64,000 bases of DNA, from positions 81,454-145,453 of the forward strand of contig CAVYUN010000004.1 in assembly GCA_963771735.1 (NCBI GenBank), in the 5' to 3' direction. Below the pieces are notes generated by a model, which was not told where the DNA came from, ran no database searches, and was given only the letters and a program-made list of their open reading frames with translations. A program made the translations under genes and the position numbers. Positions 1 through 11,781 of this stretch are shown one piece after another (positions within the stretch are counted from its first letter, which is position 1; each line of letters starts with the position of its first letter). This DNA comes from an uncultured Pseudomonadota bacterium. GTDB taxonomy: Bacteria > Pseudomonadota > Gammaproteobacteria > Xanthomonadales > Rhodanobacteraceae.

Positions 1-1
1 C

Positions 2-1105
<1,104 letters not shown>

Positions 1106-1118
1106 TCGCGGCGTCGCG

Positions 1119-2756
1119 TCAATGCGTGTCGAGATCGATGATGCGGTCCAGTCCGTGCGCGACGAAGCGCCGCAACGCGCGGACAGAAAGGGGATCGTTG
1201 CGTTCGCGTTGCGCCCAGGCCGCGTGCCGCGCCAGCAAGGCGGCGCCCAGGCCGCGTGCGCAGGTGACGCCAAGGCGCAACGCGCCGGCCTGCAAGGCAT
1301 CGGTATCGCGGGCGTGGTCGCGCAGCCAATTGTCGGCATGCCGGATCGCGCCGTGGATGGTCTCGCCGTCCGTTTCGGAGATGACACCCTCGGCAGACTC
1401 CAGGCAGCCGTCCACCGCCGAGACCAGGGATTCGCTGCCCAGCTTGTCCAGCGCGCGCAGGAAATCCAGTGCCTGCACGTTGCTCGCGCCTTCCCAGATC
1501 GGGAACACCTGCGCGTCGCGCAGCAGCAACGGTATGCCGCTGTCCTCGAGGTAGCCGATGCCGCCGAAGGCCTCGACGGTTTCCGAGGCGATGCGGACAC
1601 CGAGCTTGCAGATCCACAGCTTCGCCAGCGGCGTCAGCAATCGTTGCAGGGCGGCGTCGTGCTCGTCGCCCTGGCCGGATTCGACCCGCCCCAGCAGCAA
1701 TGCGACTTCCATGGCGAGATGGAACGCGGCTTCGAATTCCGCATCCCATCCCGCCAGCGCATCGGCGAACAGCGGTTGCCCGATCAGCGGCTGGCCGAAT
1801 GCGCTGCGGTGGTATGCGTAGTCGCGGGTCAAGGCCAGGCACCGCTGCATGGTCGAGAGCGCGCCGAATGCGTTCCACAGGCGGGTGACCTGCAGCACCG
1901 GCGTGATCGCGCGCACACCGTGGGTCGACTCGCCGACCAGCTCCGCGCGCGTGTCGCACAGATGGATTTCCGCGGTCGGCAATTCGCGCGTGCCCAGCTT
2001 GTCCTTCAGGCGGTCGATGGTGATGCCGTTCCAGGTCCCGTCCGGGTTGCGGGTCTCGATGCCGAACAGCGCGAGCCCGTCCGCGCCCGCGGGATTGCCC
2101 TCGGGACGCGCCAGCGCCAGTGCGAACTCGGCGTTGATCGCCGACGTGAACCACTTGCGGCCGTCCAGTCGCCAGGTTCCGTCGGCGTCGCGGCGCGCGG
2201 CGGTTTCGCTCATCGCCACGTCCGAGCCGCCCGCGTTTTCGGTCATCCACTGGCCGCTGATCCAGAATGTCGCGGGATCGCGGCTGAGCAGGCGCGGCAG
2301 TATACGCTCGCGCAATGCCGCGTTCGACGCGTCGCGCAAGGCAGTGGCGACGCCGTCGGTCATCGCCAGCGGACAGGAATAGAAAGCGCTGGCGGCGTGA
2401 TAGAGATACACCTTGGCGAATTGCTGCACGCGCGCGAATTCACCCAGCGCACGATCGTGGCCGTCGGCAACCAGGCCGTGCCTTGCCGCGATCGTCGGTC
2501 CCTCCCGCCAGGTTTCGGTCAGTTCGATGCGATCGACGCGGTTGCCCCAGACATCCCATTGCGTGAGGAGCGGTTCGCCGGCCCTGGTGCCGAGCTGTCT
2601 TGCGTATGTGGATCGCGCGTATTGCGCGAGCGCGATGAAATCCGCTTCAGCCGCGCGCCGGAGTTCTTCCGGCAATACCCGCGCCAGCCACGCTTGCAGC
2701 ACGCGATCGTCGCGGTACGGATCGGCGAGCTGCGGGGCAGGCTGGACAAAACTCAT
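1119..2756 (-). CDS. AidB-like acyl-CoA dehydrogenase
   Basis: 545 aa. MTENAGGSDV, RKWFTSA, RLKDKLGTRELPTAE, GGIGYLEDSGIPLLLRDAQVFPIWEGASNV align by eye with E. coli AidB / the ACAD fold. Confidence 0.85.
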   Translation of the reverse strand: MSFVQPAPQLADPYRDDRVLQAWLARVLPEELRRAAEADFIALAQYARSTYARQLGTRAGEPLLTQWDVWGNRVDRIELTETWREGPTIAARHGLVADGHDRALGEFARVQQFAKVYLYHAASAFYSCPLAMTDGVATALRDASNAALRERILPRLLSRDPATFWISGQWMTENAGGSDVAMSETAARRDADGTWRLDGRKWFTSAINAEFALALARPEGNPAGADGLALFGIETRNPDGTWNGITIDRLKDKLGTRELPTAEIHLCDTRAELVGESTHGVRAITPVLQVTRLWNAFGALSTMQRCLALTRDYAYHRSAFGQPLIGQPLFADALAGWDAEFEAAFHLAMEVALLLGRVESGQGDEHDAALQRLLTPLAKLWICKLGVRIASETVEAFGGIGYLEDSGIPLLLRDAQVFPIWEGASNVQALDFLRALDKLGSESLVSAVDGCLESAEGVISETDGETIHGAIRHADNWLRDHARDTDALQAGALRLGVTCARGLGAALLARHAAWAQRERNDPLSVRALRRFVAHGLDRIIDLDTH

Positions 2757-3118
2757 GATGGCGACAGCTTACCCCCGGTGCCACCGCGCCGCTTCTTCGG
2801 CAGCCGCGCGCAGGCCAGGATCACCACCACCGCCAGCGCCACCTCGATCAAGGCAAGCGTGCGTTCGGTCGGCGCGGACCAGGCTTCGGCCACGCCATGG
2901 CAGAAATAGAACAGACTGATCATGCCTGCCAACAGCAGCGCGCGTGCCGGCGCGCGCCAGTACAGCAATGGAATGGCCAATGGCAGCAGTCCGATCAGCA
3001 ATGCCACGCCGACCGGCATGCGCGCGGGCGGCAGCAGCCATGCATGCCAGACGATCTGCAGCAGTGCCAGTGCGCCCCACGCGACAAAGCCGATGCGCTG
3101 TTGCATGTTCGCTTTCAT
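2753..3118 (-). CDS. small 4-TM membrane protein (DUF2069-like)
   Basis: Internal ATG at 3118 of the 252-aa ORF gives 121 aa (MKANMQQRIGFVAWGALALLQIVW...), strongly hydrophobic. It has 4-nt overlaps with both neighbours. The upstream part of the ORF is antisense junk. Confidence 0.6.
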   Translation of the reverse strand: MKANMQQRIGFVAWGALALLQIVWHAWLLPPARMPVGVALLIGLLPLAIPLLYWRAPARALLLAGMISLFYFCHGVAEAWSAPTERTLALIEVALAVVVILACARLPKKRRGGTGGKLSPS

Positions 3119-3711
3119 GCGCCGGCCGCCAGGCGTTTCGCAATATTGGCGACGCGCCGTCCCAGCACCCGTGCCAGCGTGCGTTCGTCGTCGCTGATCG
3201 GTCGTGCCTCGCCGACGCCGCTGACGTGGCTGGCGCCGTAGGGCGTGCCGCCGCTGGTGGTGTTGTTCAGCGCCGACTCGGTGTAGGGAATGCCGGCTAC
3301 CAGCATGCCGTGGTGCAACAGCGGGATCATCATCGACAGCAGCGTGGATTCCTGGCCGCCATGCATGGTCGCGGTCGAAGTGAATACCGCGCACGGCTTG
3401 CCGACCAGCGTGCCGGATGCCCATTCGGCCGGCGTCGAATCCAGGAAATGCTTGACCGCTGCGGCCATGTTGCCGAAACGGGTCGGGCTGCCCAGGATCA
3501 GGCCCGCGCATTCGGCGAGGTCTTTCAGTTCGACGTACGGCGCACCATCGTCGGGCACCGGCGGGTGCGCGGTCTGGGTGACGGAGGCCACCGGCGGCAC
3601 CTGGCGCAGCCGTGCGTGCATGCCGTCGACTTCCTCGACGCCGCGCGCGATCAACCGGGCCAGTTGCGCGACGCTGCCGTTGCGGCTGTAGTACAAGATC
3701 AGGATGTCCAT
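3115..3711 (-). CDS. wrbA: NAD(P)H:quinone oxidoreductase, WrbA type (flavodoxin-like)
   Basis: 198 aa from the ATG at 3711: MDILILYYSRNGS..., GSPTRFGNMAAAVKHFLD, TMHGGQESTLLSM. Only the last third of the 595-aa ORF is conserved. Confidence 0.9.
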   Translation of the reverse strand: MDILILYYSRNGSVAQLARLIARGVEEVDGMHARLRQVPPVASVTQTAHPPVPDDGAPYVELKDLAECAGLILGSPTRFGNMAAAVKHFLDSTPAEWASGTLVGKPCAVFTSTATMHGGQESTLLSMMIPLLHHGMLVAGIPYTESALNNTTSGGTPYGASHVSGVGEARPISDDERTLARVLGRRVANIAKRLAAGA

Positions 3712-3756
3712 CAACCGGGTGTTTCCTTTTGCAGCATGATTGAATAGCCTCGCAAC

Positions 3757-5052
3757 GTGAGCCGCGATCCCGTCCTCCGCCTGATCCTGCACCGCGAGCG
3801 CCTGCGGGCCTTCCTGCGGTTCCTGTGGCAACGCTTCCTCGACGACAAGTGCTTCGAGACCGCCGGCGCGTTGTCCTTCACCACGCTGTTCGCGATCGTG
3901 CCGATGCTGGCGGCCGTGATCGCGATCGTGTCGGCGTTTCCCGCGTTCGCCGAACTGCGCGACAGCGTGACGCGTTTCATCTTCAGGAGCTTCGTGCCGG
4001 CCGCCGGCGAGACCGTGCAAGGATACCTGCTCCAGTTCGCCGACAACGCCAGCCGGCTCACCGCGGTCGGCGTGATCGTGCTGCTGGTGAGCGTGGTGAT
4101 GATGATGGCCAGCATCGAGGATCGCTTCAACCGCATCTGGCGCGTCACGGCACGGCGCAAGGGCAGCGCGCGGCTGCTGTTGTACTGGACCGCGCTGACG
4201 CTGGGTCCGATCCTGGTGGCGGCGGGCCTTGGCGCCAGTTCCTGGGTGTATGCGCAGCCATTGTGGCGCGGCGTGGCCAGCCAGGGCGTCGCGGGCTTCA
4301 GCCTGTGGTCGCTGGCCCCGTTCCTGATCAGCTGGTTCGGTCTGATGGTGCTCTACAAGGTGGTGCCGAACTGCCGCGTGCTCTGGCGCGACGCGGTGCT
4401 CGGCGCGCTGGTCGCGGCCGTGCTGTTCGAATTCGCGCGCAAGGGATTCGCGCTGTATGTGCGCGGCGTTGCCAACTATCGCGAAGTGTATGGTGCGCTG
4501 GCGGCCATACCGATCTTCCTGATCTGGGTGTACCTGTCGTGGGTGATCGTGCTGCTGGGTGCGATCCTGGCCGCGGCCCTGCACGCGTTCGAGTACCGGC
4601 CCGAGGCGGAATTGCTGCCGCCGGGCTGCGAGTTCGTGGGCCTGCTGCGGGTGGCGCAGCATTTTGCCGAGGCACAGCGGACCGGCGCGGTGCTGGACGA
4701 GGCCGACCTGACCGCGCGCGAGCGTTTTCTCACCGCGGATCTGCTGCAGCGCTATCTCGACGACCTGCAACGGGCCAGGGTGATCCGTCAGGTCGATGAT
4801 GGCGGCTGGGTGATGGCGCGCGATCCGGATGGCGTGACCGTGGGCGACCTGTTCCGCGCCGGCGACTACCGGTTGCCGGGCCACCCGGCGTCCGTGCAGC
4901 ACGCCGCCGGCGATCTGGTTCCGGAAGCCGGAAGGCTGCTGCAGCGCGCCGAGGCCGCGTTGCGCGAAAATCTTTCGGTATCCCTGCGCGCGCTATTCTT
5001 GCCGCCTGCGTCGCCCGGTCGAGCGACGGGATCCGAAGGTCCATCGTCATGA
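3757..5052 (+). CDS. yihY: YihY/BrkB (virulence factor BrkB / 'RNase BN') family membrane protein
   Basis: 431 aa. N-terminus RFLDDKCFETAGALSFTTLFAIVPMLA, multiple TM segments, YGALAAIPIFLIWVYLSWVIVLLGA signature. Confidence 0.85.
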   Translation: MSRDPVLRLILHRERLRAFLRFLWQRFLDDKCFETAGALSFTTLFAIVPMLAAVIAIVSAFPAFAELRDSVTRFIFRSFVPAAGETVQGYLLQFADNASRLTAVGVIVLLVSVVMMMASIEDRFNRIWRVTARRKGSARLLLYWTALTLGPILVAAGLGASSWVYAQPLWRGVASQGVAGFSLWSLAPFLISWFGLMVLYKVVPNCRVLWRDAVLGALVAAVLFEFARKGFALYVRGVANYREVYGALAAIPIFLIWVYLSWVIVLLGAILAAALHAFEYRPEAELLPPGCEFVGLLRVAQHFAEAQRTGAVLDEADLTARERFLTADLLQRYLDDLQRARVIRQVDDGGWVMARDPDGVTVGDLFRAGDYRLPGHPASVQHAAGDLVPEAGRLLQRAEAALRENLSVSLRALFLPPASPGRATGSEGPSS

Positions 5053-5573
5053 AACTGCTTTTTCCGCGTCGCGCTTCACTGCTCTTGCTCGCGGCGCTGA
5101 TGTGCGCGTGCATCACGGGCAATGCCCTGGCGCAATCGGCGGGCGCCCGTCCGCAACTCGTGGTCAAGACCCTCGACGGCAAGACCTTCGACCTCGCTGC
5201 CGAGCGTGGCAACTGGGTCATCGTCAATTTCTGGGCGACCTGGTGCTCGCCTTGCATCGCCGAAATGCCGGCGATCTCGAAATTCGTCGCCACCCACAAG
5301 CACGTTACCGCGATCGGTCTGGCCTGGGACGAATCGCCGCGTGCCGATATCGTGAAATTCGCGAAAAAACATCCGGTCGATTACCCGCTGGCGCAGGTCG
5401 ACACCGACCATCCGCCCGCGGGGTTCAGCGCGCCGGCCGGACTGCCGGTCACCTGGCTGATCGCGCCGGACGGGCAAATCGCCAAACATTTCGTCGGCCC
5501 GGTCGACGCGAAAATGCTGGACGCGGCGATCGCGGCGGCGAGTTCGCAGTCATCGGATGCCGCAAAGCCTTGA
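5049..5573 (+). CDS. TlpA-family periplasmic thiol:disulfide oxidoreductase (thioredoxin fold)
   Basis: 174 aa with a signal peptide and the WATWCSPCIAEMP CxxC motif. ATGA overlap with yihY. Confidence 0.85.
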   Translation: MKLLFPRRASLLLLAALMCACITGNALAQSAGARPQLVVKTLDGKTFDLAAERGNWVIVNFWATWCSPCIAEMPAISKFVATHKHVTAIGLAWDESPRADIVKFAKKHPVDYPLAQVDTDHPPAGFSAPAGLPVTWLIAPDGQIAKHFVGPVDAKMLDAAIAAASSQSSDAAKP

Positions 5574-6375
5574 TGCGATGCCGTGCACGCGCTTCATCGT
5601 GAGCGGCCGGGTGCAAGGCGTGTTCTTCCGCGCATCGGCACGCGACTTCGCATTGCAGTTGGGATTGACAGGCTACGCGAAAAACCTTGCCGACGGCGGT
5701 GTCGAGGTCGTCGCGTCGGGCAACGACGAGGCATTGGCCGCGTTGTATGCGTGGTTGCACCACGGCCCGCCCGCCGCGCGGGTCGAACACGTCCGGCGCG
5801 AGGCGATGCCCGATCAGGTCCTGCGTGGTTTCACGACCGCGCTGAAATACATCAGTGTTCGCCAAGGCGAGGCAGTCAGGCCGACCAGGATTACACGGCC
5901 GCGTGCGTGCGTCGAGCTGCGCGTGCAGCAACTTGTCCCACGCCGTACGGCAGGCCGAGGTCGAGCCGGGCAGGGCGAACACGAAGGTCCGGTTGGACAG
6001 TCCCGCGAACGCGCGCGACTGCAAACTCGACGTGCCGATCTCCTCGAAGCTGATTGCGCGGAACAGCTCGCCGAAACCCGGCATCTCCTTGTCCAGCAGT
6101 GGCAACACCGCTTCCGGGGTCGAGTCGCGTCCCGTGAATCCCGTGCCGCCGGTGATCAGCACGCCATGCACCACGGGATCGGCGATCCACGTCGCCACCG
6201 CCGCGCGGATCGCGTAGCGGTCGTCGCGCAACAATTTGCGTTCGTGCAGCCGGTGACCGGCCTCGGCAAGTGCGTCGGCGAGGAACCGGCCGGACGTGTC
6301 CTCGGCCAGCGAGCGCGAGTCCGATACTGTCAGCACGCACAGGGTCAGCGGTACGAATGAGTCTGTGGCCGTCAT
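5449..6375 (-). CDS. moaB: molybdenum cofactor biosynthesis protein B; the conserved domain ends near 5870-5890 but the ORF runs to 5449
   Basis: LCVLTVSDSR...DTSG, LITGGTGFTGRDSTPEA, FEEIGTSSLQSRA, ALPGSTSACRTAWDKLLHAQLDARTRPCN match E. coli MoaB (170 aa) almost end to end. 138 further codons are antisense to acyP and the tlpA-like gene. Confidence 0.85.
   Translation of the reverse strand: MTATDSFVPLTLCVLTVSDSRSLAEDTSGRFLADALAEAGHRLHERKLLRDDRYAIRAAVATWIADPVVHGVLITGGTGFTGRDSTPEAVLPLLDKEMPGFGELFRAISFEEIGTSSLQSRAFAGLSNRTFVFALPGSTSACRTAWDKLLHAQLDARTRPCNPGRPDCLALANTDVFQRGRETTQDLIGHRLAPDVFDPRGGRAVVQPRIQRGQCLVVARRDDLDTAVGKVFRVACQSQLQCEVACRCAEEHALHPAAHDEARARHRIKALRHPMTANSPPRSPRPAFSRRPGRRNVWRFARPARSAR
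5578..6360 (+). CDS. acyP: acylphosphatase; the conserved domain ends near 5840 but the ORF has no stop until 6360
   Basis: MPCTRFIVSGRVQGVFFRASARDFALQLGLTGYAKNLADGGVEVVASGNDEALAALYAWLHHGPPAARVE is a classic acylphosphatase (about 90 aa). The remaining ~170 codons are antisense to moaB. See the finding. Confidence 0.6.
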   Translation: MPCTRFIVSGRVQGVFFRASARDFALQLGLTGYAKNLADGGVEVVASGNDEALAALYAWLHHGPPAARVEHVRREAMPDQVLRGFTTALKYISVRQGEAVRPTRITRPRACVELRVQQLVPRRTAGRGRAGQGEHEGPVGQSRERARLQTRRADLLEADCAEQLAETRHLLVQQWQHRFRGRVASRESRAAGDQHAMHHGIGDPRRHRRADRVAVVAQQFAFVQPVTGLGKCVGEEPAGRVLGQRARVRYCQHAQGQRYE

Positions 6376-6515
6376 CGAAGAAGTATAGACTTGGCGAGGT
6401 GTCGGTGAGGCCTTGCATCGGCGTGGCGCTCAGCTCGTCGGAACTGGCTTGCGGGTATCGCGGACCCAAGGCGGGTTCGGGTGCGCGCGCAAGCGGTAGG
6501 CATGAAAATGAACCT

Positions 6516-6545
6516 GACCCCTTTTATCGTGACCCCTTTTATCGT
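6516..6545 (+). repeat. perfect 15-bp tandem duplication (gaccccttttatcgt x2)
   Basis: Read directly. It lies at the left edge of the AT-rich islet, 22 nt upstream of the first small ORF. Confidence 0.9.
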
Positions 6546-6566
6546 CTTTGCCGCCCGGCCAATGAT

Positions 6567-6788
6567 ATGAACGGAAACCACTGGATTTTGTTGATCTGCG
6601 GCGTGGTATTTCTTGGCAATGCCATTCACGGCTTGAGGGCGGGAAGGGCAAGTGTATTTGTTGCGCCGTTCGAGCGATCCGAGCAGCCGGGCATGTATTG
6701 GAGCGCGATCGTTTTCTCATCTATTTTGGGGATAGGCTCGTTTGTGACCTTTGTATACGACTTGTTAAAAATGACCGCAACTAAATGA
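6567..6788 (+). CDS. hypothetical small membrane protein (73 aa, 2 TM)
   Basis: MNGNHWILLICGVVFLGNAIHGL...MYWSAIVFSSILGIGSFVTFVY. AT-rich codon usage unlike the neighbours. ATGA overlap with the next ORF. No family recognised. Confidence 0.45.
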   Translation: MNGNHWILLICGVVFLGNAIHGLRAGRASVFVAPFERSEQPGMYWSAIVFSSILGIGSFVTFVYDLLKMTATK

Positions 6789-7075
6789 AACGTAATCCTT
6801 TTATCTCCCCCGAAACAGGATTTGGGCTGATGAGTTGGATCAGGTCATCGCCACTGGGCCACGTCCTGATATTTGGCATAGTTGGTGGTAGCGCTGGAGG
6901 GCTCGCATTCAGCATTTTTTTGCGAACGGAAGGGCCTGTGTCATTAGTTTTGTTCATGAAGATATGCGCATTTTGGGTTTTTTCCATGGCGCTGATTGGA
7001 ATATTGTTTTGGTTCAATGTCACATCTCCTGCCTTGAAGCGTAGGCGAAGTCATGACGAAAGCAATAACAAATAA
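6785..7075 (+). CDS. hypothetical small membrane protein (96 aa, about 3 TM)
   Basis: HVLIFGIVGGSAGGLAFSIFL, LVLFMKICAFWVFSMALIGILFWF, basic tail KRRRSHDESNNK. Translationally coupled to the previous ORF. No family recognised. Confidence 0.45.
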   Translation: MKRNPFISPETGFGLMSWIRSSPLGHVLIFGIVGGSAGGLAFSIFLRTEGPVSLVLFMKICAFWVFSMALIGILFWFNVTSPALKRRRSHDESNNK

Positions 7076-7211
7076 CATAAAGCAGTTCTTGGCCTGGGTT
7101 TTCAAAGTGATTTATTGAATAATGGCGTCGAGGCTTGAGTGCCAAGGACAACTTACGCGGACGCCGCTACTGCCACGGCGCCACCTGCGCTCGACCTGAC
7201 CAACACACACG

Positions 7212-9325
7212 TCAATCTTCCCGCTCCGGCTCTGGCATTACGATATGGTCCGGCGCCAAGCCCTTGCGATGGCGCTCGTGCATCGCGTGCAGCAGTGCGG
7301 CGAAGTCGTCGGCGTAGCCGCGCATGTCAAACAGGTCCGATTCCTGGCGCTGTTTGACGAGGCGTTGCTGCAGCGCGTTGAGCACCGACAGGTCGCTGCC
7401 GTAGCGGATCGCGGTTTCGATGAAGGCCTTGTCGTCGCGGGTGATCAGCTCCGGCATGCCGAGGTAGTGGTTGAGGCTGCCGGCGACGCGCGAGGCGAAG
7501 GTTTCGCCGGGGCGCGTCAGCACCGGGCAGCCGGCCCAGATCGCGTCCGACGCGGTGGTGTGCGCGTTGTAGGGATTGGTGTCGAGGAACAGGTCGGCCA
7601 GCTTGTAGCGCGCGAGATGTTGCAGGTGCGGCAGTGACGGCGAGAACACCAGCCGGTGCGGGTCAAGTCCGCGCAGGCGCGCCGCGTCGCGCAGGCGGGC
7701 GTCGGCTTCGCGACTGGTCGCCAGCAGCCACAGCACGCTGCCGGGCACTTCGCGCAGCACCGCGCACATGCGGTTGAAGCTGGCCGCGTTGAGTTTCCAC
7801 GCGTTGTTGAAGCTGGCGAACACCACGGCGTTGGCGGGCAGGCCGAATGCCGAACGTGGCGGCGAGGCGCCGACCGGGCGCGTGGGGTCGGACGGCTGGT
7901 AGCAGCGCGGCAGGTACGCGATCGATTCCGAGTAGAAGCGCCGCAGCGGTTCGGGAACCAGGAAGCGGTCGGCGATCAGGTAGTCGATGAAGCTCGCGCC
8001 CGAGCTGCCGGGATAGGCCAGCCAGCCGGCCTGCACCGGCGCGGGCCGCAAGGCGAACACGCCGGGCACGCCGCCCGCACACCAGCCGTCGACATCGATC
8101 AGCACGTCGATGCCGATGTCGTGCACGCGCTGCGCGACCGCGGCAGCGGGTTGCAGCGTGATGTCGTGCAGGGCATGCACTGCCGTGCGCAGGCGCCGAC
8201 GCACGTCGCTGCCGTCGTCGGGCGTGGTCGCGAACAGGTGGACTTCCAGGTCGTCGCGTCGGCCCAGCTGCTCAAACATGGCCACGGACAGCAGCGCGGT
8301 CGCGTGGGCGTGGAAGCCGGCCGACACGAAACCGACCTTGAGTCGCGATCCGGATGCGCGCGGTTTGTGTTCGAAGTGGATGTGTTGCCGCAGTGGTTGC
8401 GTATCCTGGTCGACGCGTGCAGCGCGGGCGCGGGCGCAGGCAAGCTGTTGGGCGGCGCTGGCGTCCTCGGCCAGGAACACGAACGGATCGATTTCGCCGG
8501 AGCCGTCGAGCGCGCGGGCGCGGACGCGTTGGTTCAACGCTTCCGCGCCGTTCCAATCGCATTCGCGGCGCAGCACGAACAGTAACTGGCTTTCGGCGAG
8601 GCGCAGGTTGGGGTCGAGTTGCAGAGCACGCCGGTACAGGCGCGCGGCTTTGGCGTAGTGATGCTGCTCGTCGGCCATCAGGCCGGCCTGATAGGGAAAC
8701 TGCGCGGCGTTGGGCGCGAGTTGCGCGCCGCGTTCGTAGATCGCCTGCGCCTCGGCGTAACGCTGCTGGCGGTGCAGTGTGTGGCCCAGCAGCAGCAACG
8801 CCTGCGGGTGCGGCTGCTGGGCGAGCACCTCGCGCAGGCGTGACTCGGCTTCCGCCGCCATGCCCAGCGACAGCTCGGTCGCGGCCAGGTTGACGATGGC
8901 ATTGAAATGGTTGGGTTCGATCGCGAGCGCGGCGAGGTAGGCGTCGCGTGCGCCCTCGTCGTTGCCCGCGGCGCGCAACGCGTTGGCGAGGTTGTTGCGC
9001 AGCGCGGCGTCGGCGGGACGTGCCGCCACCGCGCGTTCGAGCAGGTCGACGGCTTCGCCGGTCCTGTCTTCCGCCAGCAGGGTGCTGGCGAGGTTGCTCT
9101 GCGCTTCGACGTTGGCCGGCGCGATGCGCAGGGCATCCTGCATGGCCAGCGCCGCATCGGCGGTGCGGCCCAGCATCAACAGCGCCACGCCGTGCAGGCG
9201 CGCCAGCTCGGCGTTGTCGGGATGGTCGACGCGCAGCGTGCGCGCGAGTGCTTCCGCGCTTTCGGCATCACCGTGTTGCAGCAGTGTGACGACACGTGCG
9301 ACGGGGGTGGCATGGATGGCGTCGT

Positions 9326-9329
<4 letters not shown>
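7212..9329 (-). CDS. TPR-repeat protein with a C-terminal GT41 O-GlcNAc-transferase (SPINDLY/OGT-like) domain
   Basis: 705 aa from the ATG at 9329. The N-terminal half is TPR repeats. The C-terminus ([60 protein letters not shown]...LAPDHIVM) parallels the human OGT catalytic lobes. Confidence 0.9.
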
Positions 9330-10404
<1,075 letters not shown>

Positions 10405-10408
<4 letters not shown>

Positions 10409-11667
10409 GCGTCTTGCCCGTTTGCGTCGAACAGGCGCATGGCGGCGTCGAGGAGTGCCTGGTCGCCCTGTTCGGCGGCTTCGTGCAGGCGCACGCTGGG
10501 CGTGTGCAGCAGCTTGCCGGTGAGGGTGTTGGCGAGAAACTCGAGTGCCTCGTTGGGGTCGCGGCCGTTGTTGAGCATCTCGCGCGCCCGTGCCAGAACC
10601 TCGTCGCGCTGGGCTTCGGCCGTGGTGCGGTAGCAACGCAACGGATGGCCGAACTGGTTCGCGCGCCGCCACGCCTGGTAGCGTTCGACCTGCAAGTCGA
10701 TGATGGCTTCGGCCTCGCGCGCAGATGCTTCGCGCGAGCTGCGGCCGCCCTCGATGGCCCGCTGCAGGTCGTCGATGGTGTACAGGAACACGTCCGGCAG
10801 TTCGGCAGCGGCGGGATCGATGTCGCGCGGCACCGCGAGGTCGATCAGCAGCATCGGGCGTCGCCGGCGCTGTTGCAGCGCGCCTTGCAGCATCGACGCA
10901 TCCAGGATTGGTTCGCGGCTGGCGGTGGCCGAAATCACGATGTCGGCCTCGGCCAGGTGCCTGGGCATGTCGGCCAGCGCGATCGCGTAGCCGCCGACAG
11001 GATTGACCAGCGCCTGCGCGGTCTCGACGGTGCGGTTGGCGACGATCAGGCGCTTGACGCCGCGCTCGATCAGGTGCCGCACCGCGAGTTCGATGGTGTC
11101 GCCCGCGCCGATCAGCAATACGCACGATTCGCGCAGGTCGGCGAAGGCCTGCTCGACCAGCCGCACAGCGGCGAACGCGACCGACACCGGGCCGGTGCCG
11201 ATGCGGGTTTCGGTGCGCACCCGCTTGGCCACCGCGAAGGCGTTCTGCAGCAGCCTGTCCATTGGCGCGTGCAGCGTGTGCGCCGAATGCGCCGCGCGCC
11301 AGGCATCCTTGACCTGGCCGAGGATCTGCGGCTCGCCCAGCACCATCGATTCCAGGCCGGTGGCGACGCGAAACACGTGGCGCACGGCGTCATCGTCGGT
11401 GCGGCGGTAAAGGAACTCGTCGAGTCGGCCCGGAGTCATCTGGTTGCGGGCATGCAGCCATGCCGACGGCGCGTGCTCGGCGCCGTCGCGGACGCTGCAA
11501 TACAACTCGGTGCGATTGCAGGTCGACAGGATCATGGCCTCTTCGATGCCGGGCTGTGCAGCCAGCTCGGCCAGCGCCGGCGGCATGGCTTCCGTGTCGA
11601 TGGCCACCTGCTCGCGCAAGGCGACCGGCGCGGTGAGGTGGTTGAGCCCGAGTGCGATCAGCGGCAT
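10405..11667 (-). CDS. hemA: glutamyl-tRNA reductase
   Basis: 420 aa. [46 protein letters not shown]. Confidence 0.97.
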
Positions 11668-11781
11668 GGGAACTTAAGATGGCACAAGCTAAGCTGTCGC
11701 GTGGCGGCAGAACGAAAGAGGACCGGCTTTCCGGTGCGAAGTGTGCGGACCCAACCCGACAAGTTCAAGGAATGGCTCGGC

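Noticed and set aside
3712-4902. The upstream 397 codons of the 595-aa minus-strand ORF that contains wrbA.
   Set aside because: This part is antisense to the well-supported yihY/brkB gene and has shadow-frame composition. WrbA homology begins only at the ATG at 3711.
6376-6515. A possible Moco riboswitch in the moaB 5' leader.
   Set aside because: I could not find the conserved Moco-motif core sequences or helices on the minus strand. The leader is short and unremarkable.
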